Assembly: GCA_905331295.1 (NCBI GenBank)
Contig: CAJNYD010000052.1
Span: 62,001-125,679, forward strand
DNA length: 63,679 nt
Reading direction: 5' to 3'
DNA from: Rotaria socialis
Lineage: Eukaryota
Every line of letters begins with the position of its first letter. Position 1 is the stretch's first letter. The position numbers were made by a program, and so were the translations under genes. Of the stretch, positions 1 to 12,750 are shown one piece after another. Below the pieces are notes generated by a model. It did not search any database. It was not told where the DNA came from and saw nothing but the letters and a program-made list of their open reading frames with translations.

Positions 1-599
1 TGATGAGTATATGAAAATCACTGTTCTCTTGTATTCAATCGATCACTTAAGAGAATATACCGAATAATCTCCAATTTTCAGTTTTTAAAGCTTATTAAAA
101 GTCTTCATTTTTCAAGTGTTAGAATAAAGTTATATGAGACAATCTCACTAAACCAAATGATTCATTTTAGGGCAGCCTAATCCTGCAGACCTAGGACCGT
201 TTGAATCGATTATTGATCATGTTTGGGATGAAGGCTGTCAACCGTTATCTCAGCATTGCATGATGGAATGGATCGTCATACCCGAAAATCCGACAATGTT
301 TGGATTTTTTCAATTCGTTTATTTGACAAATCGATCGACAAGTGAATTTCAAGCAAGTCCTGCACCTGATTTTATTTGTTTCGATGCACAACGATGTCCT
401 GTATTATTGGCTACGATCACCTCCATTAATATAGTTAATGGTCTTACATGTTGCCATATTTCTAATCTAATAGAATATGTCGAATATATGGACTTTTATC
501 AATTACTATCAACGTTCCTGAATTTTGGTCGTAAATGTTTGAAGACAAGTGTAGAGAAATCATGTATTAATGCATCTTATTTTCACTGTAATGAATCTT
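1..599 (+). repeat. Inverted copy of 2362-3000 (fold-back duplication arm carrying part of the LDLa gene)
   Basis: Bases 1-60 are the reverse complement of 2941-3000 and the match runs to ~599 versus 2362. There are scattered substitutions and a ~40 bp deletion near 150. ORF 260..631 repeats the MDFYQLLSTF..CINASYFHCNES peptide of ORF 1793..2473. Confidence 0.93.
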
Positions 600-3500
600 A
601 TTGTACTGAAAACAATACTTATTTTGATTAATTGAAATATTTGTTTTTATATGATAACCAAGAATAGGATCAAGAGAAAAAAGAAAACCTTTTGTTGAAA
701 ATTGGCATTTAGCACCATAATAACAATCTTGACAAACACATGTCGATTTCGTTGGGCATGTTTCATTATTTTGAAAGCATTGTCCATCATTTTCACAATA
801 GTTATGTCCTTGACAATCATAATTCATTGTATGATTAAATGAGAAACAATTGGAAAATCGTTCGAGATCACATATACAAATAAGATCATTATCATAGAAG
901 CACATCATTGTTCTATTTTGTCGACATAAAAGTGGATAATATTTCGTTCGATTCAAATATCCAGAATTGATAATTGTATTATTAAGAAGCGTCGAAATAG
1001 GTAAACAGCGTTGCTGTGATTTTATTTCAGTATGAATATGTTCAGAAGGTATGGATGTTTCTCGAAGTATTCCTAAATAATAAGATCCATTTGGTATTTG
1101 CAAAAGAAGAATATTAAACGGTTGCGAAACATAAAGTGTGAGACCATGTCGATTATAAGGAACTTTTTTCAAAAGTGTTGTACGTTGATGTTCAGCATTT
1201 TTGAAAGCAGTAATAAAATGTACGAACAGTAAAGAGCTTTCTTGTATTCTTGTATCAACTAAATATATGGGTGTGGGGTGTGGGTGTGGGTGTGGGTCCT
1301 TCCTTAACTCACGCACCCACACACCCACACCCCACGCCAAATGAATTGAAGCGTTAAGCTAACATGTTGATTTTGCCATTGGCATTGAGCTCCAAAATAA
1401 TTCGGTGGACAAAGACATACTTTTGTTTCATTCATACCATGTAATACAACAATACCACGATGGGAATAGGAAACAAGAGTAGGATTAATCGTTGGAGTGA
1501 TTTCAGTTTTTGGATTCTGTTTGAAAATAATCGGTATCGAGCGATTATTCATTATTAGTGGGAAATAACCGAATCGGGCGCATGTGAGAAATACACCAGT
1601 AACCATTTTATAACCCATGTTCACGTCAAGATAACATATGGGTTCAATATGCTCGAAAAAGTGAACAGGCGTCGTCAAAGTCTCACCTACTTGATTACAT
1701 TCATGAACGTACAAATCCGACTGTGCTCGTAGCATTGATGTATTGATAGCACTTCGACAGATTTCCTCTAAAATATTACATTTACTCTTGTTTCACGACA
1801 TGTAGTCATTACTGATATCCTTCGTTCCATTATAGAAAATAACTTGACGAGAAGTTGATGGATTGCTGCAATCATCGAGATATTTATCAAATAAATGAGC
1901 ACGAGGAAAACAATACGAGATTTCGAAAGAGAAGTCACCACACACATACTCGTTTGACGAGCATAGACTATTTGGGCAATTTAACTCGTCAATACCATTT
2001 GAACAATGCCAAAATTCGTCACAACGGGTATATGGATTGTTGCATGGCCACAATTCACAATTGGTTTCATCGGTTTCTAGGACGTTCACCGAATAATCTT
2101 TATTATCATTATTACCATTACAGATATCTGGAAATGTTACTAATTTTACTAGGTCAAATGTATATGTATATGCTTCATCCTCTCCTGAAGGGCAATCATT
2201 CATTCCATTACCGGCTACAACAAGTGATAGACATTTATTTGGATCTGATGTGCAAATAAATCGATTTGAATCGTTTAACTGGCATGTATTAAAATCTTCA
2301 TCTTCAAAATAGAAACAATCGGCTACTCCATCTCCAACACGATAATATGGAATACATTTCAAAGATTCATTACAGTGAAAATAAGATGCATTAATACATG
2401 ATTTCTCTACACTTGTCTTCAAACATTTACGACCAAAATTCACGAACGTTGATAGCAATTGATAAAAGTCCATATATTCGACATATTCTATTAGATTAGA
2501 AATATGGCAACGTGTAAGACCATTAACTATATTAATGGAGGTGACCGTAGCTAATAATACAGGACATCATTGTGCATCGAAACAAATAAAATCAGTTGCA
2601 GGACTTGCTTGAAATTCACTTGTCGATCGATTTGTCAAATAAACGAATTGAAAAAATTCAAACATTGTCGGATTTTCAGGTATGACGATCCATTCCATCA
2701 TGCAATGCTGAGATAACGGTTGACAACTTTCATTCCAAACATGATCAATAATCGATTCAAACGTTCCTATGTCTGCAGGACTAGGCTGCCCTAAAATGAA
2801 TAATTTAGTTTTTACAAGTAGAGACTGAGGGACATGTGTATCAAGACTTTCAGTGCGATTGTCTCATATAACTTTATTCTAATACTTGAAAAATTAAGAC
2901 TTTAAATAAGCTTTAAAAACTGAAAATTGGAGATTATTCGGTATATTCTCTTAAGTGATCGATTGAATACAAGAGAACAGTGATTTTCATATACTTATCA
3001 GTTTTATTTTCTTTCTCTAAATATATTCTTACCTGTATTTTGTGTTCGATTGGAGTACAAAGGATGATAAATATTGACCATCACCACATGAGAACGAGAA
3101 AGGGTATCGAGTAGTACGTTCCTGACATTGAAATGTTTGAATATTCGTACACTGGGGATTGATCAACCAACTAAATTGAAAACGCTCCTCTTGCTCATCG
3201 CTACCATCTAGACAATCAATACTTATTCTGCTGGAATACATTGACCACCATAATGACATCGATATTCATGATCGCTGCATTTAGTCATATCTAATTCTCC
3301 ATTCGAAAAGTCAGTTTTCCCATCACAAATTTCTCGCCAATCGAGACACCGAGGCCATAATTCTTGGTTGCAATTATCTAAGAATCGATAGCAAGAACCT
3401 GTAGTAACATTTTTAATGATTTCCGAATAATTGTTAAAAGTAGCTTCAACAATATCACTGAACGATATCGATACACTATGGCCGAATTTATATTGACACA

Positions 3501-3928
3501 TAGGACCAAACCATGGTGATTTACATTGATAAAAAAAGATCTGAACTATCATTATTCATTTCATATTTTTCTGCAACATCAATTGGTGCAAACCATGCGA
3601 GTAATTGTTCACTTGTGACATTTCGTTTTCTCAATTCATCAAAACTTATCCGTTGCGCTATATTCTCATGGTTAAGGTGAGATTCTTGTTCCAATTCTTT
3701 ATCATTATCAGGACATCTACAGTATAGAATTAAATGATAACTACGAATATAACTTCCACCTATTTCTCTGCCACCATCAACTAAATAAGCATATAAACAA
3801 TCGAATGTTAGATAGGACAGTTGACTAATATTAGTATGAAATAATGAATAATCACTATGAATTGAAGTACAAGAGATGAAAGCTAACGATGTACGCAGTA
3901 ACAGCATAACTTTAAAAGTTTGAATCAA
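600..3928 (-). pseudogene. LDL-receptor class A/EGF-repeat receptor-family gene (bdelloid LDLa-EGF-GPCR type), frameshifted and truncated
   Basis: Signal-peptide-like start at 3928. LDLa motifs (CLDWREICDG, DCLDGSDE, CDEFWHCSNGIDE) and EGF motifs (CLCPPNYFGAQCQ, CVCQDCYYGAKCQF) are split over several frames. The gene ends at the inversion junction at ~600, before any complete transmembrane region. Confidence 0.8.
1268..1334. repeat. Head-to-head telomere-like repeats (TGTGGG)n..(CCCACA)n, site A
   Basis: tgggtgtggggtgtgggtgtgggtgtggg, a short spacer, then cacgcacccacacacccacacccac. Confidence 0.9.
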
Positions 3929-5411
3929 TGATTAAATATTTCTCAGTTACAAGATTAAGTTCCTGAGTTTTTTCTCCGTTGTTCTTACTTTCCTGTGTGC
4001 ACAGAACAAATAAATTTCTTCTTGAAAAGGAAGAGAAACATATGAATAAATTAATATTTTCCAGTAACGAACTTAGATAGATGGATCAAGTCACCGGTAA
4101 AATACTACCCCCTGTTATTATTACGAATAACTTACTGCCTACTTGATCTGTGTAGCAAAATGGAAAGTTGGAGAGTGCTGGCTTTATTATTGTGCGTATG
4201 TGAACCTACGGAAATAGCTACTCTTTTTAATGTGAATAGAAAACTATGCGAGTTTCAAGAGCTAAGAAAAACAAATGATTTTTTTGTAGTTAAAACAGAT
4301 TCTCACCTTCTGCTATTGTTAACAACAGAACAAAGTCAACAGTACACCATTATTTGATAAAAATGCTTCGCTTAATTAAAATTAAATTCTTACGAAGAAT
4401 ATATTTTAGTATCCCTTACTCGCACATATCAATACATTCACATTTTATAGACTTTTCATTTGATTTTCGGTGCTCATGTTTCGAAATGGCAGTAAAATAG
4501 TTTTTAAAATAGATCCTAATCTCATGTTTGATAGAATAGGAATGCCGATTCTGAGAGAAACATAGCTGTTCTATTATGACCAGCAAACACCATGAATGCG
4601 AACAAGCACATACCTATTAGGGTTGGCGATTAATAGCTATCAACATAGAAGAATTATTTGCATAAGTCAGAAAAAGTAAAGATCCCTTGTTCAATGTTTA
4701 CAGTTAAAATTTATCACAACAAATAATTAATTTAACTATTGCTACCAAGTCAAATCAGGACAAGATAAGTTTTCCAAACTAAGTGTGACAAACATGAGGT
4801 GCTACGAAATTTCATAAATTATCTCGTGTACTTACGATATAGTTTTTGTTGAATAGATATCACCATTGGTTTTGAAGAAACAACTACAATAATAGATGAT
4901 GGGATTATAATTTATTACTACAGTCATATGAATGCAATTAGGATCGAAGAAAAGATGATTATTCGAAAAAGAGCTAGTTTTCGTAAGATAATTTTATAGA
5001 ATAAATAAGAAATTTAGTAGGATATATATACCTACAAGTTTTATGTTCATATATCTTGACGATGAGGATGATGATGAATTGAATCATCTGAATAGTTATC
5101 GAAACAAAATCACCTATAAATACGCTCACACTCATTATACCGTAATGATAATTTCACACGACACACGGTTAACTGTTGCACATGTACTTTAATGTTAAAG
5201 TTACATCGATATTCTCTAGTTGAATTTCATATTTTTTCAATAAATTCTAAAAAAATTAAAATTTAATCGTCTTAAGGACATAACATGCATCATTGAAAAA
5301 AACCTTTCCCTCGTATATCCTTTATTAAATCTAAGAGCAATTATATTGATAATCTCCAAGTAATAGTTGTTAATCATCAATTAAATGATTAAATAAAACA
5401 AAAGAGAACGT

Positions 5412-7321
5412 TCACTTTGGCAATGGTAATGCTGGGATGATCTTTCCAGTACATTGTCCAAAACCAATTTTAAAACCATCGCCTTGATAAAAACCTAGAA
5501 AATGATTATGATTGTAAAAACAGGTCAATTCATTTGGTTTGTATTTTATGTTTTACCCGTCATTGTTATTGTATCGCCATCGTCAATAAATTTTCTTGTT
5601 AAATTTTCATCTAATTCTAAAGGTTTTGTTCCACGCCATGACAATTCAAGCATGGACCCATATGACTCAGGTGTGGGACCACTAATTGTGCCTGTTGCAA
5701 ATAAATCTCCAGGTCGTAAATTACATCCAGTTACTGTGTGATGAACGAGCATTTGTTTTAAACTCCAATAAACGTACTATTGACATAAACAAGTCGAAAA
5801 ATAGTAACGAATTGAAAATTGTTTTCTTGTTCCTACTTTTAAATTTGACTTGCAAATTATATAGTCTTTGGAAGAATTATTCGCTAAATGAATTTTCAAA
5901 AAAATATTCAAAAGCAACAAAATTGAAAGCTTTCTTACGTTTCAATGTAACTTGTAAATCAATATTGAATGTACTTGGTTCTTGTCGAGTTAAATAAGAT
6001 AATGGCTTTGGATCCTTGAAAAAAAAGTTTTTTTTTAAAAATTGAATCTTCATTTATCAAATGAAAAAAATCTTCACTTGTATTGGTCCATCACATAAAG
6101 AACTTTCTAATGCATCCATTGTTACAACCCATGGTGAAAGTGTTGTACCGAAATTTTTTGCATTAAATGGACCTAATGGGACATATTCCCATTTTTGTAT
6201 GTCACGTGCCGACCAGTCGTTCATGATTACAACACCAAACATGTATTCATCAGCTGTATCCATTGTAATTGGTTCTCCTTGTTGATTACCTGGCCCACCA
6301 ATAAAACAAGCCATTTCAAGTTCAAAATCAAGTAATTTACAATTGCCAAATGTTGGCGGTTTACCTATAGTATGAGAAAAACATATTGTCTAGTGGAAAA
6401 AATAAACTTAAATAATACTTTCATCAGGACATGTTTGTCCGTTGGGTCGACGAATATCTGTTCCGGTTATAACTATGGATGAAGCTCGTCCATGATAGCC
6501 AACTGGTAGATGTAACCAATTTGGATTGAGAGCATTATCTTTTCCGCGAAACATCGTTCCAACATTCATTGCATGCTCTTTTGAACAATAAAAATCCGTA
6601 TAATCACCTGAGACAAAAACAAAAATCTCAATAAATATTATAAACGAAAGAATTAAATGCAATTAAGAAGACTTTTTAAATGAATCTAATCAAGCAGCTT
6701 AGATCAATTAAGTTCACCTATTTGTGCAGGTAGATGCATTTTAGCCTCGTTTTGTTCGACGAAAGCTCTAGATATTATTCATTAGATATATTCATGAACA
6801 GTTAAGAAAAAAAAGTGCGAGTTAATTTGATAACGTACTTTTTACGTAATCCATCATTATCTTTTAACGTTGTACAACTATCAGATAAAAGTTCTTGTAA
6901 TCGTTGTCGAGCTTCTTTCCATGCTGGTTTACCAAGTGACATAAATTTATTGAGTGTTGCCTAAGTAAAAATATAAAATTAGCCTTTTCCATGTCATAGA
7001 ACGATGAAAACAGCACAGTACGCGATTAATCTTTTTCAATCAATAAATCTAAAAATCTAAAGCTGAACTTATAATTTACCTCTTCAAATACATTTTGATT
7101 TTCATGTAAATGGGGTCCATCAAATAAATGTTTAATAACAGACAAATCCAATATTTTCGTTCCGATCGCAACACCAATTCTTGGTTGTGCCTATAGTATT
7201 TATTTTGTATGTAGGATTTAAAAGAAAACATATAACTTACATTATCGTTTGTTGAAAATGTCCCGTAGGGTAAATTTTGAAGAGGGAAATGAGAATCACT
7301 ACTAACTTCAATAAAAGACAT
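5412..7321 (-). CDS. FAH: Fumarylacetoacetase (multi-exon)
   Basis: Motifs [51 protein letters not shown] and [18 protein letters not shown] introns separate the exons; TGA stop at 5412-5414. Confidence 0.96.
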
Positions 7322-8651
7322 CTAAAAATGAAAATTAACAATGCTGTACTCTCTTCTGTTTTCTTGTATTTTAAATAAAATTGACGTTTTGATTTAGTGA
7401 AATCTCAACGTCAGAAATTGGATAGACGTAATATATAATAGTAAACAAATATTATATTGAGTTGAACCAATTTCTGAAAAATAAATATCTTTCTATTAGC
7501 AATAGCGGCTTTAAACATTAGAAAATAAAAACTTTTCTTTTTTGCCATATTTTAGATTTCACACAACCCAACAGATAATAAAAATGATTGGCTCGTACTA
7601 GATTTGTTTCGAGCAGCCTATCATGTTGTTTTAAAGGATAAAATGAAAAAAATGACTAGCTTGATAAATCTATAAAATCATGACTCACATCTATTGGGAG
7701 CTTTCAGAAAATTTCTGAAGATCTTTTCTAGATACGCAAACATTGGTTTAACAAAATATAAACCATATGTCGAAAATCGATTACAATAGTGTTAAATTTC
7801 TTTTGCTCGACTCATTAAAACCTAAAATAAATAAAGTTCGTATACTTGCTGTAAGCTACAGGCATAAGTGGACAGAACAAGTAATAAATAAGTGCACATT
7901 ACCCAGATATGCCCCCTAAAAAAGAAAAACTATGCGCTACCTTACTGTTATCGTTTTCTTATCTAAGAGTGAAATAAGCCCAAAAAGAAACAAATGGACC
8001 AATAATTTTTGAATCCATAAAATATAATCTGGATGGTAAAAAAAAGTATTCTGGTCGCTTGGTATCTGTCGACAAAAAATTTAATTTAGCCTTTTAAACT
8101 TTGAGATATTGTTCAGTATCTTACTGCAGGATTTGGATGTAATACGACAAATCCACACAGCACAGAGGGTGTGCCAAAAGCGGGACACTTCCTCCAATAA
8201 TGGAAAATGAATGAGGCACTGAAACTGGGCAGCCTTTTTTATCCGATATGCAAAAATTGTCTTTAAGAGTCTAAATCTTAAATTTTTAGTTCAATTGCCA
8301 TATTAGGAAAGTTTTAATTTTCGAAATAGTGTGATCACTTTAAGAGATAAATACATTTTAACAATATCTCGAGATTCAACGGCACTTCTTAAAATGTATT
8401 CTATTTTCATAGAGTGCTAATCAATTACTATTGAATCAGCAAATAATACATTGTAAATATTGATGCCAAGCACGTCACAAATTGAAATATGACCTCGAGA
8501 ATCAACAGAGAAGCCGTATGTTTGTGTCGAAATCAAATATTATTCCAAAAAATATAGGCGAGAGTGCCGTACTCCATAATGATTTAAATAATTGATAGAT
8601 GAGTCTTCAGTCATCATTGTACAGATATATGGATTGATAAAAAAAACAACA

Positions 8652-8787
8652 CCCCTAGTCAACTCTCCCGAGAAGAATCCTCAGGGAGTCCCATGAAGAA
8701 TCCCCGGGGACTCACGACAGGGAGTCCCTAGGGATTTCGTTCTTTTGCGGGAACTCCCAGGGGAGTCGTTGGGGGAGTGGATTAGGA
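8652..8787. mobile_element. Small GC-rich MITE with imperfect TIRs
   Basis: Ends ccctagtcaactctccc / gggggagtggattagga, internal gggagtccc repeats, possible CA/CA flanks. Confidence 0.55.
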
Positions 8788-8852
8788 CATCATTCTTTTT
8801 TCATCCATTTTATTGACTCATATAGGCAATTCTTGCATAAGAATTACAAAGA

Positions 8853-9376
8853 ATGAATATAATCCTTCTATCATATCTGAACTTATTAGGTAAGTCATTC
8901 GTTTCTATTCAGATGATGTATGTATAAATAAACTGTACTCTTTTCAGGATTGATTTCAGTAGCAAAAGGATTGCATTGTATAATATGTTCGACCGCTACG
9001 AATTATGCTTGCGAAGATTCGTTCAAGGGAGATACATCATTATCGAGTAGTTTAACACAAGCAGGTTACGTTTCTTGTCATGTGAGTAACAATCTCTCAC
9101 TAAGTTTTCGCCATTGAATTTTCGTTGATAAACTAGAAAATAATATATTGGTCAAATTATGGTACAAGTACACATACAAATACAGCGATTCGAATAGTAC
9201 GTGACGGTTCACAGGCTATCTGCAGTGCAAGTCAGACTACTGGGTCATCCGGTACAGTTTATTGTTGTTCGAATAAAGACAACTGCAATGGTGCAACAAT
9301 ACAGCGTGCCTTTGTTTTCATTACCATGTCACTCCTGGCCGTCTCATGGGTTGTCAAACGAGTACTTCTATGTTGA
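8853..9376 (+). CDS. Ly6/uPAR three-finger-type, probably GPI-anchored protein (3 exons: 8853-8889, 8948-9081, 9137-9376)
   Basis: Hand-spliced product MNIILLSYLNLLGLISVAKGLHCIICSTATNYAC...VSCHK...AIC...VYCCSNKDNCNGATIQRAFVFITMSLLAVSWVVKRVLLC*. It has a signal peptide, LxCxxC, CC-x5-CN and a hydrophobic tail; splice phases are consistent. Confidence 0.82.
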
Positions 9377-9558
9377 ACGATCAGCTATGCAATTTACTCG
9401 GACAACAGGTGTGCCGATATTGATGGCACGCTTTGATGATTCTCCTTCCTCCTGCTTCTGCTCTCTTTCCATTGTCCTAATCTCTCTCTCTCTCTCTCTC
9501 CTATATATACGTGTGTTATGCATGAAGTTGTTACACTCTGAATATGTGAAGAAGCGAA

Positions 9559-9668
9559 CCCATGTCGCACAAACCGATCGAAAACCGTCGGTTAACCGCG
9601 GTCCATTTTTATAAAAATCGGTTAACCGCGGTTAACCGACGGTTTTCGATCGGTTTGTGTGACATGGG
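9559..9668. mobile_element. Palindromic MITE (CCCATG termini), internally deleted relative of 34097-34377
   Basis: cccatgtcgcacaaaccgatcgaaaaccgtcggttaaccgcggt ... accgcggttaaccgacggttttcgatcggtttgtgtgacatggg, flanked by AA/AA. Confidence 0.88.
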
Positions 9669-10329
9669 AATAAACATCATTGCCGTGAGTGGCGGTAAGC
9701 TACTCCACCTCTATCCCTTTTGTCTTAATACGTTAATTAGCAAGAGTCCTATTTATCGTTACAACAGGCTCTAAATCATTCAAGCTTCGTTAGCTCGGCA
9801 AGTAATGTTCATCGAATTTTGATTCACTTGTCCTTAGACTAAGAGGCGATGAAATGTGATGTGACCAGATATGCAAATGCGACTATCAAAGGGTACATCT
9901 CTGAATGAAATCAAAAGATGTACTACAAGAGAAAAGTCGAGTGTTTTTAAACTTCATAATTAGAAATCAGTTCAAAATAAAAACAATTTAAAGTTCAAAA
10001 GTCGAAACTACAAAGCACAGAAATATAAATATCTAAAAGTTGTAAAAAAAAAAGAAATAATATTCATCGAATGCATATTTACTTTACCGTAGACTGCTAA
10101 TGTTGAATATATTTGAATGAAAGAACTGGAGATTTTGAAACAAGAAATTTAAAAAGAACGAATTACTAAGCTTTCGTAGCTCTGTTTTTGGCACTGATGG
10201 CATTCACGGAAACAATGAAGTCTTTCTACCGTTCATAGTTAGGATATTATTAAGTAACCAACTGAAAAGGAAATTAGATTTAAATACGGAGATGTTCCGT
10301 CTTTATGTTAGAACAACTTAAAAATATTA

Positions 10330-11330
10330 ACCAACGTCAATTTTATATACAGTACAAAAATTATTCTTCATCCAAAACATTATCTAGAGAGTATAAGCAA
10401 CTCAATGTAGACCGAGGCGTAGCATTGCTTCGTAAAGAGGTCTGGCAGCCACGGCACACAACTGTCAATCCAGTTGTCGTATCGATCCTACATCGTCCTA
10501 ACAGTGCTCCATTCACGAAAACATCGAAACCAAAGCAAGTTTCGAACATTCGCCGAACATGGCCTATTTTGAGTTAGAAAACGTTTCAAAATGATGATTT
10601 ACGATCAATAAAGATCCTTACTAGTAAGTCGTGAAAAATTAATTTTCAAAGCATAATCCGATATCTCGTCGCTTTGAGGGCGAAGAAGATGCAGGTTCGG
10701 AAACGATCTGATAGTTAATTGTGACCAATTTTGAGTCAGGATTTTATAGCCGCATACAGCCCACTTTCGGTCAGCTGCCATATTTGAATTCTTTTTTGCA
10801 CATGTTTTCGCCCTATGAGTCAAAAAGAAAGGAATGCTTGGTAAAAAAAAACAAAGAAACTACGAGTCTTACCGATGTTAATCACAATCACGCTATAATC
10901 TAGTATTTCGCTCCACATCAGTCTCGTGCGCTCGTAAGTTGTGTCGGCGGCTTATTTCTTTCTCACGTTTGACTGTAAGACGTTCTTCTTTCTCCTTTGC
11001 GTTTTCTTTTGCACATTTATCGGCTAGACGTTTCACTTCGTATTGGCTACGAGATATAAGATGCGTTTGCTTCTCTTCATCTGTTTTTGACACAAAAATC
11101 GATCAATCGCCGTTTTCTGTATTGCCTGCCAACATCCAGGCGACTCTCTTTTTGTTCAGCAGTCTCAACGAGAGCACGACGAACACGAAAAGCTCGCATT
11201 CGGTTGGTAGAAGCCGACAAGCGGATATTCATTTTCATATAATCGTGAATGCTACTGGAAGAATTAAGATCAACGGGCGATGAGTTGGCACCGTTATTTT
11301 GCGATAACATTGTATTCAAAGTACACAAAC
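10330..11330 (-). mobile_element. Degenerate Helitron RepHel N-terminal remnant
   Basis: Fragments ETAEQKESRL and ETDVERNTRL resemble STPR repeats. WAVCG...FPNLHLLRP and VCRGCQTSL..TPRS parallel, in order, SVCGIC...IPSIELLK and VCTECWSAL..IPKFS of the Helitron at 46-48 kb. Confidence 0.6.
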
Positions 11331-11762
11331 TCAGAGAAAATAAAACTATTTATGATGAGATACTCGAGAGTGAAATTAAGAAAAAAGCGCAATAAAACAC
11401 GAAAACTGAAATCAGATCAGGGAAGACGGATATTTAAAAAACAGAAAAAGCTTGCGATATTTTTGAAAATTAACTAGCAAAAAATAGAATCGCATATGCA
11501 GCTAGAAAATCCACCGGAAGACTGAATTTACCTCGAAGATTAGATCAAAATACACAAACAACATATGCGACCGACTCAAACATAAACGTCACCGATCCAA
11601 ACACAGATGTCACCATTCCAAACGCAGAAAATTTAGGTTTCTAGACCCTATCCTTTCAGTCTAGAGAACGTACAAATAAATTGCGTTTTGGCTAATCAAG
11701 TGTAGTCACATATTTTTCTTTTGCGAATACTAAACACTTTAAACGATTCAGAATTATAAGCA

Positions 11763-11829
11763 GGGTGTGGGTGTGGTTGAATAAAAAATACAGTCACAGT
11801 CACACCGACACCCACTCACATCCACACCC
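11763..11829. repeat. Head-to-head telomere-like repeats, site B
   Basis: gggtgtgggtgtgg ... cagtcacagtcacaccgacacccactcacatccacaccc. Confidence 0.75.
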
Positions 11830-12228
11830 TTCGTATGTTCATTTAAATATTTTTTAGATTATTTCTCGATTAATAATTAGTCGATAGAATGCCTATCGTG
11901 GTCATTGATTGAGGTAGGACTACCCGAAAATGGTTTGGTAAAAACCGAACCTACTCGAGACTGGGCAGATCTCAAGATCTGGCCTGTTTGAGTTTTCAGA
12001 AATGAAACTGTTCAATAGACCAAAATCGAAAAAATTATCATGATCTTTTTGATCAAAATAAAAAAAATTCTGGCTAGTGGATTCAAAGCAAAGTTTCAGA
12101 ATGTGTCACATGTGTCGTACAAAATGTGTTGTGCCATTCCATCGCTGAAGATAATATGTCACAACGAGCACCTGATGTCGCATTCGAATGTGTCGCACAT
12201 TGTGTCGCAAATCACGACGCATGCGATA

Positions 12229-12512
12229 CATTTAAACTTAGTGTGAAGCTGCTGGTAACGATGCAGCAGCAAGCAAAAGCGCTCTCCCTCTTACTGTGAC
12301 AATATTTTGATTCTTTCGCATCAAAAGTTGTTCTTTTTTTTTAGAGTAAAAAGGAAATTTTACTCTGCTCACATTTAAACTTAGTATAAGGCTTCGAGTA
12401 ACGATGCAGCAGCAAGCAAAAGCGCTCTCCCTCTTACTGTGACAATATTTTCATTCTTTTGCACCAAAATTGTTCTTTTCTTGAGAATGAAAAAGAAATT
12501 TTGCTCTGCTCA
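12229..12512. repeat. Tandem duplication, two ~143 bp units
   Basis: catttaaacttagt...gtaacgatgcagcagcaagcaaaagcgctctccctcttactgtgacaatatttt occurs at ~12229 and ~12372. Confidence 0.9.
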
Positions 12513-12750
12513 GATTTAAAAAAAAATCCATGTGCATCTTTGTTGCACGGAGAAAGTTTTTTGCATGGCGTCATTTCTTTTTTTCTTTGCCACATCCCTG
12601 GCTTCGTATGAGACTTGAAAGAATGATGCCATACCTCTCTTTTCTTTATTTTGTAATTTCCGCTTCTTTGAAATATTGTTTAACTAATACTAAAATTAAA
12701 AAGATCTTATAATTTTTTCATTTACAGAACTGATTCGTAGTTATTACGTC

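Noticed and set aside
9201..9774. ORFs of 137 aa and 70 aa
   Set aside because: Alternative frame of the Ly6 exon plus read-through into a CT microsatellite and the MITE.
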